A stretch of DNA of 64,000 bases, taken from an uncultured Actinomycetes bacterium. Lineage in GTDB: Bacteria > Actinomycetota > Acidimicrobiia > IMCC26256 > PALSA-610. The stretch spans positions 984,496 through 1,048,495 of the forward strand of contig CAWEUJ010000004.1 in NCBI GenBank assembly GCA_963812205.1, written 5' to 3'. The translations under genes were made by a program, and so were the position numbers. Shown in pieces: positions 63,331 through 64,000 of this stretch (its first letter is position 1; every line of letters starts with the position of its first letter). The notes beneath the pieces are model-generated. The model did no database searches. It saw only the letters and a list, made by a program, of their open reading frames with translations, and had not been told where the DNA came from.

Positions 63331-64000
63331 CGACCGCAGCGAACGATCCTACGAGCCTCGCCGACATCGCCCTACGCCGCTGCCAACGCGACCCGGAAAC
63401 AACGTTCTTGCTTACGGTTGATGACCGAGAGCCCGATGCGATTCGCACGCACACGTATGGCGAGATCATCGAACGCGCGCGGGCCTTGGCGCGCGTGCTC
63501 GCAGAGGCGGGCGTCTCTCGCGGGCATCGCGTCGGTTGTTACCTCCCCAACTCACCGAGCTGGGTTGTCGCGTCGCTTGCCACCTGGTTCAACGGTGGCG
63601 CAGTCGCGGCCGCCGGAACGCTGCTGCCGGCAACGGAAGCCGCCGGATTGTTCGCGTTGGCAGATGTCGCGACCGTCGTGACGACGACCGACGCGCCGGA
63701 GCTCGCGGATCGCTATCACGTCGTACGCATCGACGACGACGGGTGGCTTGGAGACGGCGCCGATGTGGTCGGCGATGACTTCTCGTTGCCCGGTCCCGAC
63801 GACCTCGCCGTCGCCATCTTCACGTCGGGGACGACGGGCCGCCCGAAGGGCATCACGCACACCCATTACGACATCGTCGCGGCCGCTCGCCGCGTCGCGG
63901 CGGGGTACGCGCGCAGTAGTGACTACCGACCCGATCCGGCGCCGGCGCATCTCGCGCCCGGTCTGTTGTTCAATCCGTTCGGTCACATGGCGGGTTACAG
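63327..64000 (+). CDS. acyl-CoA synthetase / AMP-dependent ligase (partial, 3' end outside window)
   Basis: This gene is not in the ORF track because no stop falls inside the window. GTG 63327 overlaps the ACAD stop (GTGA). My own translation gives ...HTYGEIIERARALARVLAEAGVSRGHRVGCYLPNSPSWV... and the AMP motif FTSGTTGRPKGITHTH. Confidence 0.8.
   Translation, partial: MTTAANDPTSLADIALRRCQRDPETTFLLTVDDREPDAIRTHTYGEIIERARALARVLAEAGVSRGHRVGCYLPNSPSWVVASLATWFNGGAVAAAGTLLPATEAAGLFALADVATVVTTTDAPELADRYHVVRIDDDGWLGDGADVVGDDFSLPGPDDLAVAIFTSGTTGRPKGITHTHYDIVAAARRVAAGYARSSDYRPDPAPAHLAPGLLFNPFGHMAGY

Overview
High-GC, actinobacterium-like chromosomal window. It has many GTG/TTG starts and frequent ATGA/GTGA start-stop overlaps, and I can support about 65 genes. 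I saw no rRNA, CRISPR array, IS element or integrase.

nt 1-21,100 is mixed housekeeping. It holds two Liv/HAAT-type ABC systems (one with a LivH-LivM-LivG triple fusion), a sulfotransferase, two TetR regulators, an ECF sigma factor with a putative anti-sigma partner, tRNA-Lys(CTT), tRNA-His(GTG), a fused SpeH-SpeE polyamine enzyme, a DEAD-box helicase and a split B12-dependent acyl-CoA mutase.

nt 21,100-64,000 is one contiguous catabolic supercluster of about 43 kb that runs off the window. It encodes:
- oxygenases and partners: a P450, a Baeyer-Villiger monooxygenase with an SMP-30-type lactonase, and two intact TauD/TfdA dioxygenases;
- five PF04909-type amidohydrolases and six SDRs;
- beta-oxidation-type enzymes: four enoyl-CoA hydratases, three acyl-CoA dehydrogenases, a MaoC double hot-dog hydratase, a thioesterase, two acyl-CoA synthetases and two double-domain family III CoA-transferases;
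- a fused EtfB-EtfA and a CoxMSL-type molybdenum hydroxylase;
- a thiolase-like protein with a DUF35 partner, and NTF2-like proteins.

The strongest signal is an 18-bp palindrome, sTGRCA-N6-TGYCAs. It occurs nine times and precedes every transcription unit of this cluster. No DNA-binding protein is encoded inside the cluster, so this looks like an orphan regulon for an uncharacterised alicyclic/lipid-type degradation pathway.

Two further patterns stand out. Six genes carry single-nucleotide frameshifts (five +1, one -1). Four gene remnants are present: a GGDEF-EAL relic, two TauD relics and an SDR stub. All calls come from reading the translations and sequence by eye; no database search was possible.
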